Source: Podarcis tiliguerta
Taxonomy: Eukaryota
Assembly: GCA_965153285.1 (NCBI GenBank)
Contig: OZ229115.1
DNA length: 64,000 nt
Direction: 5' to 3' (one strand)
The position numbers were made by a program, and so were the translations under genes. How positions within the stretch are numbered: the first letter of the stretch is position 1; each line of letters opens with the position of its first letter. Shown piece after piece: positions 61,701 through 64,000 of the stretch. Under the pieces are notes generated by a model, which worked only from the letters and a program-made list of their open reading frames with translations, was not told the origin of the DNA and ran no database searches.

Positions 61701-63840
61701 CTGCCCCATACCCACGGGTTCCAGGGTGGTTCACAGAATATAATCAGAATATAAAAACTACAAAATATATAATCAAAATAAAAACAGCAACCCTATAACC
61801 CCAACACATTTTTAAAGGGTAAAGGATATCAATCAAATCAACCAAAGGCCTGGTTAAAAAGCAACGTTTTTGCCTGGCACCTAAAGGTGCATAATGAAGG
61901 TGCCAGGTGAACTTCTCTGGGGAGAGCATTCCACAGACGGGGAGCCACTGCAGAGAAGGCTGTAAACAGTGTTTGCCTAAATGGATGTGTGTATAAGATG
62001 AAGAGCTTCTGGTTCCTTAGAAGCTAAAAATTATTTATAGTACTTATGCTGAACATGGTTGTGAAACAGACATTGATGCTTTCCTTCCCTGGAAGCAGCT
62101 GGCCACTAACACCTCATCCAAACTCCCATGCACCTTCAAGCCTTCAAGCAGGTTTGTACTAAAAGCATACCGCACAGAGAGCTGGAGGCATCCCACCCCA
62201 CTTCTTGGGGCAGAGGCAGTGCAGGACAGGACAGGAGAGAGGGTTGGCAAAGTGTCCTTGACTCACCTCGCAGCCAGTCCTGGAGGTAGTGCAGCCACAT
62301 CTTCGGCAACTGGCGGTTCTCATCACGCACAACATACTGGATGGTGGTGAAGGCCTGGTGCAGGCTGTAGAGGGCCTCCTGTGAGCTGGGGTAGTCAAAG
62401 CCACCCTTTGTAACCACAAACATGTTATAAAAGGAGAAGTATTTGAACTGAGCTGAAATGAAGGCGTGCTCCTTTGTGCCTCGTGGTAAAATATCCGTCA
62501 GGTAGAGTCCATCATGCACCTTGGTTGTACCATAGAGGCTCAGGCCCAGCAGTGCCAGGAACAGGACTACAACAATTCCCTGGAAATGCAGAAAGGAAAG
62601 AGTGAAGACAGATGCACACAGACCCCAATCTCTTCCACAGAAGCTAACTTTTCCTCTGTTGCTGTCAAGAGACTTGACTTAACAAACATAGGGAGAATGG
62701 AAGAAAATCTGTGGACAGTGGACACAGTGGACAGCCAGATGTTTATGAAAAGCAAACAACTGCTTGGGGGCTGGAACTGCAACCACCCAGCCCCACTTCC
62801 TAGTCCCTACAGTACGTGTAGGGTATGAATTGCCCCTAATGGAGTTTATATCAACATGTGCCATGTTGAGGGAGTATGGAACATACTTGTAAGGCAAGAG
62901 AATCAATAATGACAGGTAGGGAGTTTTCCATGCAAGGGGACACATAACACTCACACATATTAACCTTGAGAACATAGTTCTTTTGACTCTGTACCTGGCC
63001 CTCTCTCTCTCTAAAGGTAAACACACACACAATATCTAAGATCATCTAGGTTATCTGTGACTGACACAGCCACTTCATCTGGAATTACCCAAGGACGATG
63101 CAGAGCCTTCATACCTAACTTCCTAGATGTGTAAAAATAGACTAGGAAAGATGTACAGCTCTTGTCTTTGAATGACTACACGGGACATGCAATCTTTGCC
63201 CCTGATAGGCGGGGCACGGGGAGAGCAGCAACATGTCCTCATAAAGGATGACATGCACAATGACTACATTTCAGATTGGTTCTCTCATCTCCGAGAAGAA
63301 CAGGGAGCTTTAGTTCTTCATTGGCTGTAGTGCTGGCATCACAGACTTGCTACCCAGGATGCTGTACTCCCCCCCCCCCTTTCTTTCAACATAGGGCAGA
63401 ATGCCACCCACAAAGAAAGTGATTCTCAGCTGCCTACCTTGGTCTGGCTCTGCAGCAGGATAGGTGCATATTTGTCGCGAGCAAAGCTGGAGAGGTTCCA
63501 ATGACAAAGGGGCAACGGCACACACTCCTGGGCACTTTTGTTCTCATCCAGCTGTGCCAGAAGATCACGGGTGGAGCTGGCAGGGGTGAAGACTTGCGAC
63601 CCCAAAGGGTTGGCAGGCAGGAGAGTGGAAGGGGTGGTATAGACATGCTGGGTGGGTGGTAAGATGGTGACCACGTGACGCCCGGAGGGATCGCACTGGG
63701 TGAAGGCCTGAACCGTAGTGGTGATGCGTGTGCTTGTGGTCAGTGCTGGATGTCCATGCGGGAAAGCAGGTGCCGTGGGGTTGTCATTTGCATCCGTGTA
63801 TTCCTGTGGCTGAATCTGGATGACGTGGGAGGAGCAGAGG
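55779..63840 (-). CDS. PTCH2: Patched 2 (Hedgehog receptor), 3' part (last 10 coding exons; 5' exons lie beyond the window end)
   Basis: Exons (minus strand) 63840-63438, 62579-62267, 61407-61265, 60908-60728, 60488-60205, 59076-58939, 58314-58172, 57408-57309, 57054-56806, 56192-55779 (TAG). Motifs [63 protein letters not shown] and [12 protein letters not shown]. These residues and the linkage to HECTD3/UROD/ZSWIM5 favour PTCH2 over PTCH1. Confidence 0.93.
59348..59371. repeat. (TTAA)n microsatellite
   Basis: Directly visible in a PTCH2 intron. Confidence 0.85.
61662..61960 (-). mobile_element. L2-type LINE 3' end in a PTCH2 intron
   Basis: Reverse complement GCCTTCTCTGCAGTGGCTCCCCGTCTGTGGAATGCTCTCCCC ([14 protein letters not shown]) and an (A/T)-rich tail. 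Confidence 0.65.
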
Positions 63841-64000
63841 CTGTGGGGAGAAGAAGACACTGAGAAACTGCTGAGCAACACACAGTCCCCTAGCCAGCCA
63901 GGCATCCTAACTCACACCCAGCATCTGGATATAACTATCACAAAAAGTTCCACTTCTCTTGGTGAGCAGATAGAGATACCCTTCACAATGTCTTTAAAGG

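Overview
Vertebrate genomic DNA, almost certainly a squamate (lacertid-like lizard), judged from its SINE, Bov-B, L2 and MITE content. Four spliced genes can be reconstructed with GT-AG junctions and intact frames: the last 8 coding exons of ZSWIM5 (+, 2478-10552), complete UROD (-, 10 exons, 369 aa), complete HECTD3 (+, 21 exons, 857 aa, head-to-head with UROD) and the last 10 coding exons of PTCH2 (-, 63840-55779), which keep a long PTCH1-like C-terminal tail. The most notable observations are: (1) a 5'-inverted, twin-priming-type L1 insertion with an 18-bp TSD in UROD intron 3; (2) a 24-bp tandem duplication across the UROD exon 3 donor that creates a second in-frame donor; (3) an orphan CpG-island promoter between the 3' ends of HECTD3 and PTCH2, where human has EIF2B3, with PTCH2 inverted relative to human; (4) a GATA cluster overlapping the UROD exon 2 acceptor; (5) a three-layer nested transposon stack; (6) a 93-bp local intronic duplication in HECTD3. 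I found no evidence for a new protein-coding system. Gene and repeat family names come from my recall of homologous sequences, not from database searches.
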